The notes under the pieces: generated by a model
What the model saw: only the letters and a program-made list of their open reading frames with translations
The model's database searches: none
What the model was told of the DNA's origin: nothing
Program-made: the position numbers and the translations under genes
Shown here: piece after piece, positions 45,026 to 55,179 of the stretch
Numbering within the stretch: the first letter of the stretch is position 1
Layout of the letters: each line of letters begins with the position of its first letter
Assembly: GCA_963773065.1 (NCBI GenBank)
Contig: CAVYZN010000032.1
Coordinates: 32,001 to 96,000 of the forward strand
Source of the DNA: an uncultured Gammaproteobacteria bacterium
GTDB lineage: Bacteria; Pseudomonadota; Gammaproteobacteria; UBA9214
Length of the DNA stretch: 64,000 bases
Reading direction: 5' to 3'

Positions 45026-46775
45026 GGTGCACGGCCCGCGCTTCGATGAGCCCGATGAAGGCATCTTCCATGGTGGGATGCGGATGTGCGGGCGTGCGGA
45101 AGCGCCGTTTCATTTCCGCCGGCGTGCCCAGCGCCAGCACCTCGCCCTCCGCCATGATGACCAAGCGGTCGCAATAATTGGCCTCGTCCATGAAATGGGT
45201 GGTGACCAGCACGGTGACGCCGGACTCCGCCAGCGCATTGGTGCGTTCCCAGAACTCGCGCCGCGCGAGCGGGTCGACGCCGGAGGTGGGCTCGTCGAGA
45301 AACAGGATGTCCGGTTCGTGCATCAGGGCGGCGGCGAAGGCCAGGCGCTGCTTGAACCCGAGCGGCAGGTCGCCGCTGTTGCCCTCGGCATAGGGCTCCA
45401 GTTCGAAGGTATGCAGTGCCCAGCGCAGGCGCTCGGCGCGGGCGTCGCCGTCGAGGCCATAGGCGCTGGCGAAGAAGCGCAGGTTCTCCGCGACGGTCAG
45501 GTTGGCGTACAGGGAAAAGCGCTGCGCCATGTAGCCGAGCCGGCCGCGGGCCTGCGCAGCGGCATGGCGCAGGTCATGGCCGGCGACGGTGAGTTTCCCG
45601 GCGCTCGCCGGCAGCAGCCCGCAGAGCATGCGAAAGGTGGTGGACTTGCCCGCGCCGTTGGCGCCCAGCAGCCCGAAGATCTCGCCGCGGCGCACCGAAA
45701 AACTGACGCCTTTCACCGCAAGGAAGTCCCCGAAGCGGCGGTACACGTCCTGTACCTCGATGACCGTGTCATCGCCCGCCAGGACCGGCGGCCGGGCCTG
45801 GGGTAACGCCGCCACGCGGCCCGCCTCCCGGGGTGATTTGAGCCGCGCGATGAACGCGTCCTCGAAGCGCGGCGGCACGGCTTCGACCGGCTGGCCTTCG
45901 CTACCGAGCCGCAGGAACTCGGGCGGCTCGGCGGCGGGTTGCTCCAACACCACGCGCACCGCCTCCCCGTCGATGAGGGCATCGACCACGCCGGGCGTCT
46001 GGCCGATGCGATGCTGCAGGCGGCGCTTGCCGGCGCCCGTGGCCGCGATCCGCCAGGTCCGGCCCTGCATCGGTTCGCTGAACGCGGCGGGCGGGCCCTG
46101 GCCGAGCAGTTTCCCCCGGTGCAGCAGTATCACCTCATCGCAGCGCTCCGCCTCGTCCAGATAAGCCGTGCTGAGCAGCACGCTCATGCGCTCCTCGCGC
46201 ACCAGGCGGTAGACGATCTGCCAGAGTTCGCGGCGGGAAACGGGGTCCACCCCGACCGTGGGTTCATCGAGCAGCAGCAGGCGCGGCGGGTTGACCAGGG
46301 TGCAGGCCAAACCGAGCTTTTGTTTCATGCCGCCGGAGAGCCGGCCGGCCAGACGCCGGGTGAAGGGACCCAGGCCGGTCATGCGCATCAATTGCTCGTA
46401 GCGCTCCGGCCGCCGCACCTCGGGGAGGCCCTGCAGGTCGGCGTAGAAATCCAGGTTTTCCTGCACGCTGAGATCCTCGTACAGGCCGAAGCGCTGCGGC
46501 ATGTAACCGAGGGCGGACTGGGCCGCGAGGGGTTGCGCGACGACATCGATGCCGAGCGCGCGTATCGCCCCGCGATCCGGCAGCAGCAGCCCGGCGGCGA
46601 GGCGCATCAGCGTGGTTTTGCCGGCGCCGTCGGGACCGATCAGGCCGGTGACCGTGGCCGCGTGGATCCGCAGATCGAGCGCGTCGAGCGCGGTAACCGT
46701 GCGGCTGCCGATGCGAAAGGTCCGCGTCACGCCGGACAGGGACAGGGCCGGCGTAGCGTCACCGGGTGCGCCCAC
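45009..46775 (-). CDS. ybhF: Dual-NBD ABC ATPase (YbhF-like)
   Basis: GPDGAGKT/LSGGMKQK/DEPT and GANGAGKS/DEPTSGVDP. Confidence 0.9.
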   Translation of the reverse strand: MGAPGDATPALSLSGVTRTFRIGSRTVTALDALDLRIHAATVTGLIGPDGAGKTTLMRLAAGLLLPDRGAIRALGIDVVAQPLAAQSALGYMPQRFGLYEDLSVQENLDFYADLQGLPEVRRPERYEQLMRMTGLGPFTRRLAGRLSGGMKQKLGLACTLVNPPRLLLLDEPTVGVDPVSRRELWQIVYRLVREERMSVLLSTAYLDEAERCDEVILLHRGKLLGQGPPAAFSEPMQGRTWRIAATGAGKRRLQHRIGQTPGVVDALIDGEAVRVVLEQPAAEPPEFLRLGSEGQPVEAVPPRFEDAFIARLKSPREAGRVAALPQARPPVLAGDDTVIEVQDVYRRFGDFLAVKGVSFSVRRGEIFGLLGANGAGKSTTFRMLCGLLPASAGKLTVAGHDLRHAAAQARGRLGYMAQRFSLYANLTVAENLRFFASAYGLDGDARAERLRWALHTFELEPYAEGNSGDLPLGFKQRLAFAAALMHEPDILFLDEPTSGVDPLARREFWERTNALAESGVTVLVTTHFMDEANYCDRLVIMAEGEVLALGTPAEMKRRFRTPAHPHPTMEDAFIGLIEARAVHHEPAA

Positions 46776-46776
46776 G

Positions 46777-47820
46777 TCAGTTCTCTCCGCAGCGGTCTTT
46801 GTCCGGCGGTGCGCCGGCGGCCGGCTGGTCGAGCGCGATGGCGACCGTGACCGGCATGCCCAGACGCAGTTCGGCGGCGGGATTGCAGGCATAGATGCGG
46901 AGCTGATAGACCAGGCGCGTGCGCAGTTCCGGGGATTCGACGTTTTTCGGAGTGAATTCGGCCGTGGGCGAGATATAGCCGACCCAGCCGGCGTAGGTCT
47001 TTGCGGGGTAGCTGTCGGAGCGGATCTCCGCCTTCATGCCTGGGGCGATCTTGCCCAGGTCGGGCTCGGGCAGCCAGGCGCGCACCCAGACCGGGTCGAT
47101 GAGCGCCAGCGTGAGCACCGGCGTCTGCGGCGTTGCCATGTCGCCGGGTTCGAGTATCCGGTCGCGCACGATGCCCTCGGCCGGTGCGTACAGGACGGTG
47201 TCGGCCAGCCGTTCTTCCGCCAGCGACAGGGCGGCGCGGCGCGCTTCGAGTTCGGCCCGGGCCTGTTCGATGTCCTCGCGCCGCGGCCCGGCCAGCGCCA
47301 GCGCCAGCGTGGCCTCGACGGCGCTCGCCTGCGCCGCGGCGGAATCGGCCGCCGCCCGCGCCAGGTCCACGGATTCCGGCGAAGTGAGTTTTTTCGCGAG
47401 CAACGCCCGCTGCCGCGCATGCGTGTCGCGCGCGGCCTGCGCCTGCGCCTTGGAGGCCGCGACATCGGCGCGCGCCTTGGCGATTTCCTCCGGCCGGCTG
47501 CCGGCCTCGAGCCTTGCCAGGGCCTGTGCCTGCGCCGCCGCCATGGCCTGGGCCTCATTCACCGCCGCCTTGAGGCGCGGCTGGTGCAAACGCGCCACGA
47601 CCTGGCCCCGGCCGACCTGGTCGCCTTCCCGCACCTGGATCGCTTCGATGTGCTCGCTCTCGTTGAAGGCGAGTTGCACCTCGCGGATATCCACGTTGCC
47701 ATACAGCGTTATCCGGTTGGCGGCCGACTCTTCGGTGCCGTTCAGCCACCACCAATAGGCGCCAGCACCGGCCGCGAGGATGACCAGCACCAGCGGGATG
47801 AGTTTTTTATTCCTGTTCAT
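46777..47820 (-). CDS. ybhG: HlyD-family membrane fusion protein (YbhG-like)
   Basis: LYGNVDIREV, ISPTAEFTPK.VE..LRT.LVY. Confidence 0.88.
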   Translation of the reverse strand: MNRNKKLIPLVLVILAAGAGAYWWWLNGTEESAANRITLYGNVDIREVQLAFNESEHIEAIQVREGDQVGRGQVVARLHQPRLKAAVNEAQAMAAAQAQALARLEAGSRPEEIAKARADVAASKAQAQAARDTHARQRALLAKKLTSPESVDLARAAADSAAAQASAVEATLALALAGPRREDIEQARAELEARRAALSLAEERLADTVLYAPAEGIVRDRILEPGDMATPQTPVLTLALIDPVWVRAWLPEPDLGKIAPGMKAEIRSDSYPAKTYAGWVGYISPTAEFTPKNVESPELRTRLVYQLRIYACNPAAELRLGMPVTVAIALDQPAAGAPPDKDRCGEN

Positions 47821-48104
47821 GGGAGCGGGCTGCGTTGCCTGGGTTCACAAGGGTTTTCTGGCAGTTGATGGACAGGCACTATTAAAAAGTGGTTATAGTG
47901 CACCACTCCATGGAACCTCGCCATAGAAACCTATTTAAGTCCATGACGGCCGGGCGCAATAACGCCGGCGTATTGCGCCGCAGGGAACGTCACCTGCGGC
48001 GAATTTCACTTTCGCTGATTCGCCCTCTGATATGAATGGCACTTACTTAAGCCGAAATGTTGGGAGAGCAGCGGCCGTAAAATGCGTGCGAGCTAACGGC
48101 CTTG

Positions 48105-48710
48105 TCAGGGCTGGCTGACTGGCGGCTGATAACTGACATTCTCATTCTCAATCACGACATACTGCCGCTGGCGCAATTGCTCGATCAGGCTCATCAACTC
48201 AGGTTCTCCAAGCGTTTTCATAAACAGCGCGTTGATCGTATTGGCCAGGGTTTTGACCTTGCGCGGCCGGGAGTGGCCACGGGCGGAAAGGCTTTTTTCG
48301 ATAGCGGCAATCTTCTCTTCGGATGATGTGGCGTTCGAGATTCTCAGCAAAGGTATTTCGGATAGATCCCTTACCCGCTGGGCAACTATCTTTCTTGCTT
48401 TTAGATGCTTGATGAGCGGATCGAAGCCGGTATCTTTCGAGATGATATGGAAGCAGGCATTGGGTTCACGTTCCGCCAACTGGCCGACATAGAATGCGAT
48501 GTGAAAATCCAGGGCATTGGAACCATTGCCGCCGATTTTCACGTACTCGGCATTACTGCCCAGCACTTGCAGCGATGCGGCGAGATCCAACGGCACCTTC
48601 GATTGACTGGCGCCGACGAAAACCAGCACCTTGAAGGGATGACCATTGAGAAGAGTCAGGTTCTTTGGCTGGACATTCTCGAAATCAATCAGGATGTAGT
48701 TGGTGTTCAA
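48105..48710 (-). CDS. PIN-domain protein (cassette-like)
   Basis: YILIDFENVQP, NALDFHIAFY.G, IISKDTGFDPLI; TTG start behind AGAGGA; stop overlaps an R''-like CCCTGAC. Confidence 0.75.
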   Translation of the reverse strand: MNTNYILIDFENVQPKNLTLLNGHPFKVLVFVGASQSKVPLDLAASLQVLGSNAEYVKIGGNGSNALDFHIAFYVGQLAEREPNACFHIISKDTGFDPLIKHLKARKIVAQRVRDLSEIPLLRISNATSSEEKIAAIEKSLSARGHSRPRKVKTLANTINALFMKTLGEPELMSLIEQLRQRQYVVIENENVSYQPPVSQP

Positions 48711-48769
48711 GCGGTATCCTCTTTTTCTTTTCCAAGCGTTCGTAAAATAAATCTGTCCACATTTCATCT

Positions 48770-49265
48770 CTTTTCTTCTATTTGTTGTGGCCACGCCTGG
48801 CCAGTACTTCCAGAGTACAACAAAAGTGATGTAGTGCGTCACCAGCAACGCAGGAACCCAGAACGCGGGTATCCAATAGGCCGGACCCATATACGCCGAC
48901 GCTCCATAGAGCGTAGCCAGCGTTATAGCGGCGATCAGGTCTACCGTTCCCTCCACGTTGAAAATCCATACGAGCAGCCGGGCGCCGCGGGCATTTCTGA
49001 TCACGACCGGTATCGCGGCCAAGGCCAGCAGGGCGGCAAGCAGGTCTCCGAATGCCGCCGGATAGGCGAATCGCGGAGGGATACCCGCGTAGGTGGCACC
49101 AGGCGCGAGAAACATCAGTCCGAGGTGTCGAAACGCATGGAGCAGGAGAATCGGCGGTAGAACGACCTGCGGCTTGAGTTCCGGCAGTTTCGGCAGGAGG
49201 TAGATCCTGGCGGCAAGCCAGAACACGAATGTACTGAATAGAAGATTGACAGTGAGAATGTTCAT
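48770..49265 (-). CDS. Multi-TM hypothetical membrane protein, read through into the PIN gene
   Basis: Five hydrophobic segments; own stop codon missing where a hairpin repeat lies. Confidence 0.6.
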
Positions 49266-49370
49266 CGAATAGCCCTTGCAGCGTTATTCACGCTTGAAAA
49301 GTGATCTGATCGGGGTAGCGGATGCCTCGCAACAACCCAGCCTGGTATAGCTCGCACGCAACGCATCGGA

Positions 49371-49976
49371 TCAAACCAGAGCCTGGGTGTCGCACTCGCT
49401 GCGCTCGCAAGACCGCTCGCGCGCATGCTTCATCGCATTCGCATACCACTCGAGTTCGGTCAGAAACCGGCTCGCGCGCCGCGGATAGTTGGCATCGACC
49501 GGTGTCCCGTCGTCCCCGAAGGCATCTTGTACGGCCGGAATCGGCAGGATGGAAGGAATACTCGCCATCCCCATCTCCGCCAGCATGGCGCGCAGCGTCA
49601 TCGCCGCGCGCACGCCACCGAAAGGACCCGCCGAATAGCAGACGATCGCCGAAGGTTTCCAGAAGTATTCCTCGAGAAAATGGTCCATAAGATTCGTGAG
49701 CGCCGGGGGCACGGTATGGTTGTACTCCCCCGAGACGACGATGTAGGCGTCCGCCGGAATGATGATGCGCGCCAGACTTTGCAGCACCTGGGGAGCCTCG
49801 TGCGGATCGTATTCCTTGTACATCTTGTCGAGCAGTGGCAAGGGATACTGCAGTGGATCGATCAAGGTGACTTCGTGCCCGCGTTCGCGGCATTGGTTGA
49901 CGATGAATCGCGCCGCTTTTATACCCTGTCGCGCCGAGCGAACGGAGCCGTAGAAGACGACGATGTTCAGGGGCAT
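49371..49976 (-). CDS. NADPH-dependent FMN reductase family
   Basis: YGSVR, EYNH..P.AL.N..D, YSAGPFGGVRA. Confidence 0.88.
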   Translation of the reverse strand: MPLNIVVFYGSVRSARQGIKAARFIVNQCRERGHEVTLIDPLQYPLPLLDKMYKEYDPHEAPQVLQSLARIIIPADAYIVVSGEYNHTVPPALTNLMDHFLEEYFWKPSAIVCYSAGPFGGVRAAMTLRAMLAEMGMASIPSILPIPAVQDAFGDDGTPVDANYPRRASRFLTELEWYANAMKHARERSCERSECDTQALV

Positions 49977-50119
49977 ATTCGTGACTCCTGCATGGAGGAT
50001 TGAAGCATACTCCTCTTGCGTTCCGGTTCAATCGGAGTGTGGGGGCGGCGCCAAGGCTCGTTTATTTTCCGAGTGTTGAGAAAATAAATCTGTCACCTAT
50101 TCCGGTTGTCAGATACCGG

Positions 50120-50449
50120 CTACTTGTCGCCGGTAATCGTTTGTTCTACTGACGGATCGGCCCATGGAGTGCCTTGGAGTCGAGACTGGTAGAAACGCTG
50201 ACAGTTCGCCAGGAATTCCTCTCGAACGGGGAGCGTGTCGTGAGGGTACGTCGGCTCTTCTTCGACCAATCGCCATAGCGCAACATCATTAAGCCAGCAT
50301 AATGAATGTCCTGTCTGCGACCGATGGTCGCGTATACCGTCTCGTAGCCGCTGCACTTCTTTTGCCAGGCGGGATATGACTGACACATCGCTGGAACAGT
50401 ACTCCGCAAGCTCGGAGTCGGCGATATAATCGTCTTTGTTTTGCGTCAT
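50120..50449 (-). CDS. Hypothetical protein (cassette-like)
   Basis: 109-aa ORF with RBS, followed by R''-like ATCTGAC. Confidence 0.6.
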   Translation of the reverse strand: MTQNKDDYIADSELAEYCSSDVSVISRLAKEVQRLRDGIRDHRSQTGHSLCWLNDVALWRLVEEEPTYPHDTLPVREEFLANCQRFYQSRLQGTPWADPSVEQTITGDK

Positions 50450-50483
50450 GACGCCTTCCGTTCCTGTTTGAAAAACCCGGGCC

Positions 50484-50650
50484 AGAGAAGAATGGTACTT
50501 ACTTAAGGCAAGAGTCCGAATTTTTCGTCATTCCCGCGGAAGCGGGAATCCAGGAGGTTTCATGAATGTCTGGATTCCGGCTCTGCGCTGCGCTCCGGCC
50601 GGAATGACGGTTATGCAGAAGTTCCCCTTAAGTAAGTGCCATTCCTCTCT
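50484..50650. repeat. MITE-like element (GAATGGCACTTACTTAAGG inverted ends) enclosing a GTCATTCCCGC palindromic repeat (50527-50608)
   Basis: Inverted ends at 50490-50508 and 50626-50644; solo copy at 48034-48051. Confidence 0.75.
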
Positions 50651-50815
50651 GATCCGGCTTTATACTCGCCCGGGATGGGACCATACGTTGATGAGCTGAA
50701 CCAGAGTTGTCCGTTCATCGTTGTGCTGCCCAGCGTTCGACGCGATGCGTCCGCAACGGCTTGCCGTCGTGTGTCGCCTCGACGGAGGGTGCAGGCGTCA
50801 TAATCGATTCGGTTC

Positions 50816-51433
50816 TCACCGCACGACCCGGTACGTGATGTGAGTGACGAGCGGTGAGCTGCTGGCGCCCACTTGCTCCAGCCTGAAGCTGGCCGGATCG
50901 AGGTGATCCAGCAACCGAATGCCGGTGCCGAGCAGTACCGGAGCAATGTGCAGGGTGAATTCATCGATGAGGCCGGCTTCGATGAACTGCCGGATGGTTT
51001 CGGCGCCTCCCGAGACCCGCACATCCTTGCCGCCGGCGGCGGCTCGGGCCTGATCGAGGGCGCTCGCGATGCCGTCGGTGACGAAGAAGAAGGTCGTTCC
51101 GCCCTTCCTTGGCCAGGGTTCGCGCGCGGAGTGCGTGAGGACAAACACGGGTGCGCGGAACGGCGGGTTCTCGGGCCAGCCGACTTCTCCCTCGTCGAAC
51201 ATGCGACTGCCCATCACATACGCGCCCGCGCGCTCGAAAACCTCCCTGACAAGCGCATCATCGGGTGAAGTCTCCCCGCCCGACAAACCGATGCGTTCCA
51301 GAAAGCTCGCCGTCTGGAACATCCACTCGTGAATGCGGGTGCCCCCATCCCCCAGCGGGTTACCCGGACCCCGGTTTGTGCCGGCGAGATAACCGTCCAG
51401 CGAAACGCCAACGTCGAAGAAGACATTGCTCAT
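50816..51433 (-). CDS. Dihydrofolate reductase-like (RibD C-terminal) protein
   Basis: SLDGY.AG, MG.RMF, GGA.TI..LIDE..HIAPVLLG.G.RL. Confidence 0.88.
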   Translation of the reverse strand: MSNVFFDVGVSLDGYLAGTNRGPGNPLGDGGTRIHEWMFQTASFLERIGLSGGETSPDDALVREVFERAGAYVMGSRMFDEGEVGWPENPPFRAPVFVLTHSAREPWPRKGGTTFFFVTDGIASALDQARAAAGGKDVRVSGGAETIRQFIEAGLIDEFTLHIAPVLLGTGIRLLDHLDPASFRLEQVGASSSPLVTHITYRVVR

Positions 51434-51576
51434 GTTTTCGCTCCTGTTGATTGACGGAGTGCCGGCCTCTGTGCGTGACGCTTACCTCCGCTCTTGAGAC
51501 GCGGTAATAATAACCGGGTCAGAGTACAAATAAGGCTAATATTAGCGAATATTGTTCTATGAACCAGGTTTTTCTG

Positions 51577-51837
51577 CTATATGCCGCAACACTTTTTAAA
51601 CTTCCTTCCGCTTCCACAGGGGCAGGGGTCATTCCGCCCAATCGATTCTTCCACTCGATAGGGTTCGGATGGATTCAGCAGTCGCTAGACATTACTGATG
51701 TCTTCCGGTGCATCAGGTTCAATTCCGGCGATCACCTGCCAGCCATTTGCAGTGCAGATGGCCACGATTTCCTCGGCCCTTTCCTGGGTGGCGACTCTAA
51801 CCACGGCCGGATGTTTCCTTGTCCCGAGTTTCGCCAT
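51577..51837 (-). pseudogene. SEC-C motif metal-binding protein with in-frame TAG at 51685-87
   Basis: [45 protein letters not shown]. Confidence 0.85.
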
Positions 51838-51859
51838 GCTCTTGGTTCTCTGTCATTAC

Positions 51860-51920
51860 TGCCAATGACAGCGCTAAGCCGCGCCGCTTTTTGGCGGCGG
51901 CTTGAGCGTATAGTTGGGGC
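51860..51920 (-). other. attC site (R' mutated to ATT)
   Basis: - strand CCCCAAC-TATAC-GCTCAAGC..hairpin..GCTTAGC-GCTGTC-ATTGGC; L'' has the extra base. Confidence 0.75.
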
Positions 51921-52152
51921 ACAGTTGCTGGTAAAGGAACTCCGGCGCGAAGTCCGCCCCGTTGGGCCAGACAATGGTTTCAAGTTCCTCATCCAGAAAC
52001 AACTCCGCGAATAGCGCCTTATCATTCAATGGCTGGAACATTTCACCCCACAGTTCGTCTTCAAGGTCGACTTCGCCTTCCACTCCATCTGCAAACCTTA
52101 ACCAGATACGGTAGTCACCTTGATACCTGGCTTCTCGCAATTTCGGCAACAT
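51874..52152 (-). CDS. DUF2442 family protein
   Basis: DYRIWLRFADG..GEMF.PL..TIVWPNGADFAPEFLY. Confidence 0.88.
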   Translation of the reverse strand: MLPKLREARYQGDYRIWLRFADGVEGEVDLEDELWGEMFQPLNDKALFAELFLDEELETIVWPNGADFAPEFLYQQLCPNYTLKPPPKSGAA

Positions 52153-52156
52153 GGCA

Positions 52157-52417
52157 TTACTCCAGCGGTTCAATTTTCTTCAAGGCTTTTCTGTCTCGGG
52201 CCAAATTCCAATCTTCGGTCAGCTCGGTTTTGTGATATTCGCGCCACTCTTGCACCAGACCCAAAACACGGGGAGGCAAACGGCCCTCGATTACCTCACC
52301 CGTATCTATCGCAATGACTGCTACAAAATCCCCATACTTCGCATGAAAGTGAGGAGGATTATAATCGTTGAAGTACATGGCGATAATGATGCCAAGGAAT
52401 CTACTGATTACCGGCAA
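52157..52417 (-). CDS. DUF4160 family protein (TA-like partner of DUF2442)
   Basis: MP.ISRF.GI.I.MY..PPHFHA.Y..I.PLE. Confidence 0.88.
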   Translation of the reverse strand: MPVISRFLGIIIAMYFNDYNPPHFHAKYGDFVAVIAIDTGEVIEGRLPPRVLGLVQEWREYHKTELTEDWNLARDRKALKKIEPLE

Positions 52418-52432
52418 GATATCTCTCCATGT

Positions 52433-52513
52433 CTATACAGCCCTCATCGATTCAACATACGCGACTGGTTCAAGATGCTCGGCCTCCGCGGCAGGATGAA
52501 AGTAATAGCTCAT
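52433..52513 (-). pseudogene. RelE/ParE toxin N-terminal remnant
   Basis: MSYYFHPAAEAEHLE..Y; overlaps the antitoxin stop codon. Confidence 0.7.
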
Positions 52514-52734
52514 CTAAGCAAGGCCTGTGCTTTCTTTCTGACCTCTTCCGCAGGGATGGGTTGCACAATGCCTTCGTCGAGTTCTCTGGCTCGACGGTGT
52601 GCTTCAATCAACCAATCTTCTTCTATTTCATCCATATTTTGCGCATCAAGACTCAATAGGAGTTTCTGTGTCAACTCTGCTCTTTCTTCCTCTGATAGAT
52701 GAAGAGCTTCATCTTCAATTTGCTTTAGGTTCAT
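52510..52734 (-). CDS. Addiction-module antitoxin component
   Basis: EAL.LS.EERAEL...LL.SLD..W..EA.RR. Confidence 0.85.
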   Translation of the reverse strand: MNLKQIEDEALHLSEEERAELTQKLLLSLDAQNMDEIEEDWLIEAHRRARELDEGIVQPIPAEEVRKKAQALLR

Positions 52735-52754
52735 GTCTTTCTCCTGAATCAGTG

Positions 52755-52834
52755 ATTGGGACAGAAATATTTTCCATGTGTTCGGAAAATAAATCTGTCA
52801 CCATTTCTGTCCTAAAATAAACCTGTCCCCATTT
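52755..52834. repeat. GGGACAGATTTATTTTCC-loop-GGAAAATAAATCTGTCACC hairpin element; other copies at 48728-48764, 50061-50102, 54516-54568, 58712-58732
   Basis: Five co-oriented copies; four share the internal TTTTCCnnG(T/C)GTT(C/G) loop segment. Confidence 0.85.
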
Positions 52835-52864
52835 CATGTCACCGAACTCATGGCGCACTAGGCC

Positions 52865-53338
52865 TTACTTGTTCTGGCCCGCCTCGACGAATGCCGCGAG
52901 TTTGTCGAGTGCCATCCGCCAACCGGTTTCGTTGTCAGCGGTCGACAGGCCAGGCGGCAGGTTGTCGTGTACGGCGAGCACATCCGTGCCGCCGTCCGCC
53001 TCAGTGAGCGTGAACGTGACCATCATCTCGCCGCGCATCGCGGCATCGGCCGTCTCGAACTCCATCACTTCGACCACCTGCTCATTGGGTACGAGCTTGA
53101 CGAAGTGGCCGTGGTAGGTGTCGGTGTGCGCGGTCGTCTTGCCGGTCCCGGTCGGCTCGTCGTATGTGAGCGAGATTCTGAACAAACCACCTTCGCGAGC
53201 GTCAAACACATGCACGTGGCTGGTCATGCCAGTCGGCACCATCCATGTCGCGACCGCTCGCGCATCGAGAAGCGCGCCATAGACGTTTGCGCGAGGCGCG
53301 TTCACATGGCGACGGGTGCGCGTAGAGGTGGTGGCCAT
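52865..53338 (-). CDS. SRPBCC/AHSA1-like protein
   Basis: APR..VY.A..D..W..P, F..LVPNE..V, GWR..LDKL. Confidence 0.85.
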   Translation of the reverse strand: MATTSTRTRRHVNAPRANVYGALLDARAVATWMVPTGMTSHVHVFDAREGGLFRISLTYDEPTGTGKTTAHTDTYHGHFVKLVPNEQVVEVMEFETADAAMRGEMMVTFTLTEADGGTDVLAVHDNLPPGLSTADNETGWRMALDKLAAFVEAGQNK

Positions 53339-53367
53339 AAGTTGAATCCCCCACGGCGGATTGTGAC

Positions 53368-53443
53368 GCCTGACGCCGCGGTTCAGGCTCGACCCGGCCG
53401 AGCGAAGCGAGGCTGGGACGTCTCCTGGAACCGCTTGTTGGCC
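53368..53443 (-). other. attC site (R' = GTCAGGC)
   Basis: - strand GGCCAAC-AAGCG-GTTCCAGG..hairpin..CCTGAAC-CGCGGC-GTCAGGC. Confidence 0.8.
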
Positions 53444-53453
53444 GACACACGGC

Positions 53454-53639
53454 TCATCTCAGGCTCCGGAACGCCCAAACGCAGAGGCTGCCGGTGACGG
53501 CCGCCGCTATCCATGATGCCCACACGGGCACCTCGAAACTTCCGACGTGCACGGGCAACTGACTGAGTGCGCGCCATGTTTGAGCTACGGCAACAAAACC
53601 GAAGATCAGGCCTGAAACCACAACATATTTGTTGGACAT
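53454..53639 (-). CDS. Small two-TM hypothetical protein
   Basis: GGAGG RBS, two hydrophobic segments, followed by attC. Confidence 0.65.
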   Translation of the reverse strand: MSNKYVVVSGLIFGFVAVAQTWRALSQLPVHVGSFEVPVWASWIAAAVTGSLCVWAFRSLR

Positions 53640-53677
53640 GACTGCCTCCGAATCGAGGAGCCATGATACTTGAAACC

Positions 53678-53731
53678 AATCGAGGGGTCAGAATACTTGA
53701 AAAACTGTTCAAATACTCTGACCCCTCGATT
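53678..53731. repeat. AATCGAGGGGTCAGA(G/A)TACTTGA hairpin element; half copies at 51515-51530 and 58310-58339
   Basis: Near-perfect inverted repeat in the sequence. Confidence 0.8.
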
Positions 53732-53751
53732 ACGTCGTAGGCTCGATGGGC

Positions 53752-54186
53752 TTATTGGTACGTTTTACCGTCATGCATTAACCAGCCATCGATATGTCGA
53801 TTACCTGGGTCATGGTGTGTCCAGTGGATAACTCCACCTTTCGGATTCCACTCGTATTCACCATAGAACGCTACGGTATCCCCGGTGCTCAATCCGCTGA
53901 CCCTGGGCGCCAGATCGATGTTATGAGTCACCAACACTGTTTGCCCGGTATCGAGCCTTAGAATGAACCGTTGGTGCCTCGATCCATCAACATCATCAGC
54001 CAACAGCTTCGTGACAATGCCTTCTCCCTGTACCTGGAGATCGCTTTGTCTGTTGTCATAGGCATCCTGGAGAGTATTGTCAGCGCCCCGGGTCCATGAG
54101 GAAAGGCCGGGCAGGGAAATGCCTTGTTCCTGAACGAACCCGTAGGCCAATGCTGCAACGACAACCAGGACAAGAAGTTTTTTCAT
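53752..54186 (-). CDS. DUF3465 domain exported protein
   Basis: DD..GSRHQRFIL, HNIDLAPR, GEYEWNPKGGVIHWTHHDP. Confidence 0.88.
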   Translation of the reverse strand: MKKLLVLVVVAALAYGFVQEQGISLPGLSSWTRGADNTLQDAYDNRQSDLQVQGEGIVTKLLADDVDGSRHQRFILRLDTGQTVLVTHNIDLAPRVSGLSTGDTVAFYGEYEWNPKGGVIHWTHHDPGNRHIDGWLMHDGKTYQ

Positions 54187-54195
54187 GTTTTTCCA

Positions 54196-54276
54196 ATGTA
54201 ACATGCAGGTTCAGAGACCGGCAGCCGGCAAGCGTAGCGTTGCTCCTTGACGGTTACTCGGGACCACAGGTCAGGC
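54196..54276 (-). other. Degenerate attC site
   Basis: - strand GCCTGAC directly after stop ... CTGAAC-CTGCAT-GTTACAT. Confidence 0.55.
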
Positions 54277-54507
54277 TTAGTCGCCACACCACTGCGACTC
54301 GCAGGGAATGCCATCACCGTCACCATCAATTTCCACGCCGGGGCAGTTATCCAAATAAAACGTCGCCTCTTCGCAGGAGTTCATCTCATTGCAACGGGAC
54401 TTTCCCTGGCATTGAAACCCCGGAGTGCTGTTGCTCTGTGTCGCGGACTGGTCACTTCGGAGAAGTTCGACGTGACTCGTTTTCTGGGTGAATTGCTGCC
54501 ACCCATA
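54277..54507 (-). pseudogene. Excalibur calcium-binding domain protein, 5'-truncated
   Basis: FQCQGKSRCNEMNSCEEATFYLDNCPGVEIDGDGDGIPCESQWC*; no start codon before the repeat at 54516. Confidence 0.85.
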
Positions 54508-55179
54508 GTAAGAGTAATTGGCACAAATTTATTTTCCAAGTGTTCGGAAAATAAATCTGTCACCTTTTCTCGTATGACATGAGCGGCAGCCCACGGTTTT
54601 CCGTGAGCTACCGGCGATAGGAGGTTAGACCTCTTCGGGGAGTGCGTACTGTGTGATATCAATCGTCTTCTCACCCTTCTTGCGACGCAGGGTGTATTTA
54701 TTTCCCTTGCGGTAGATGACTACATGCCAGTACGTGCGGTCATCTTTCGTCGTGGTCCACGATCCTTCAAGCCACGGCTCGAACTCGGTGAAAGGAATGA
54801 GGATGAGTCGCTTGCTACTGCCGCAACCGAAGGCGACATAGGCCTTCGGATGTGCACGTAAGAACTCCTGCTGGTGCGGATGAAATGCGAACCAATAGTT
54901 GGGATTGGTCTCGGGGTTGTGCTCCTTCGACACGGAACAGTTCAGTGCCATGTCCTTGTCCGGTGAAGAATACCCCGCGCGACTACGCTTTACGAGAGAA
55001 ACGCCGAGCGCGGCTTGTACCCGTTGCACGCAAGCTTCGTGGAAGGCCACCGGCTTGAACTTCGGCCCTTCTGGCCCAACGGGCGCGGCGGCGTCTTCTA
55101 CCTCCACTGACTCCTCATCCTGTTTGATCTCCTCTGCTGCCGAAAACAGTATGTCGGCGATTGCATCGAGACGAGTGAA

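Noticed and set aside
51685-51687. Pyrrolysine or amber recoding
   Set aside because: No pyl genes in view, and other genes in the window terminate at TAG normally
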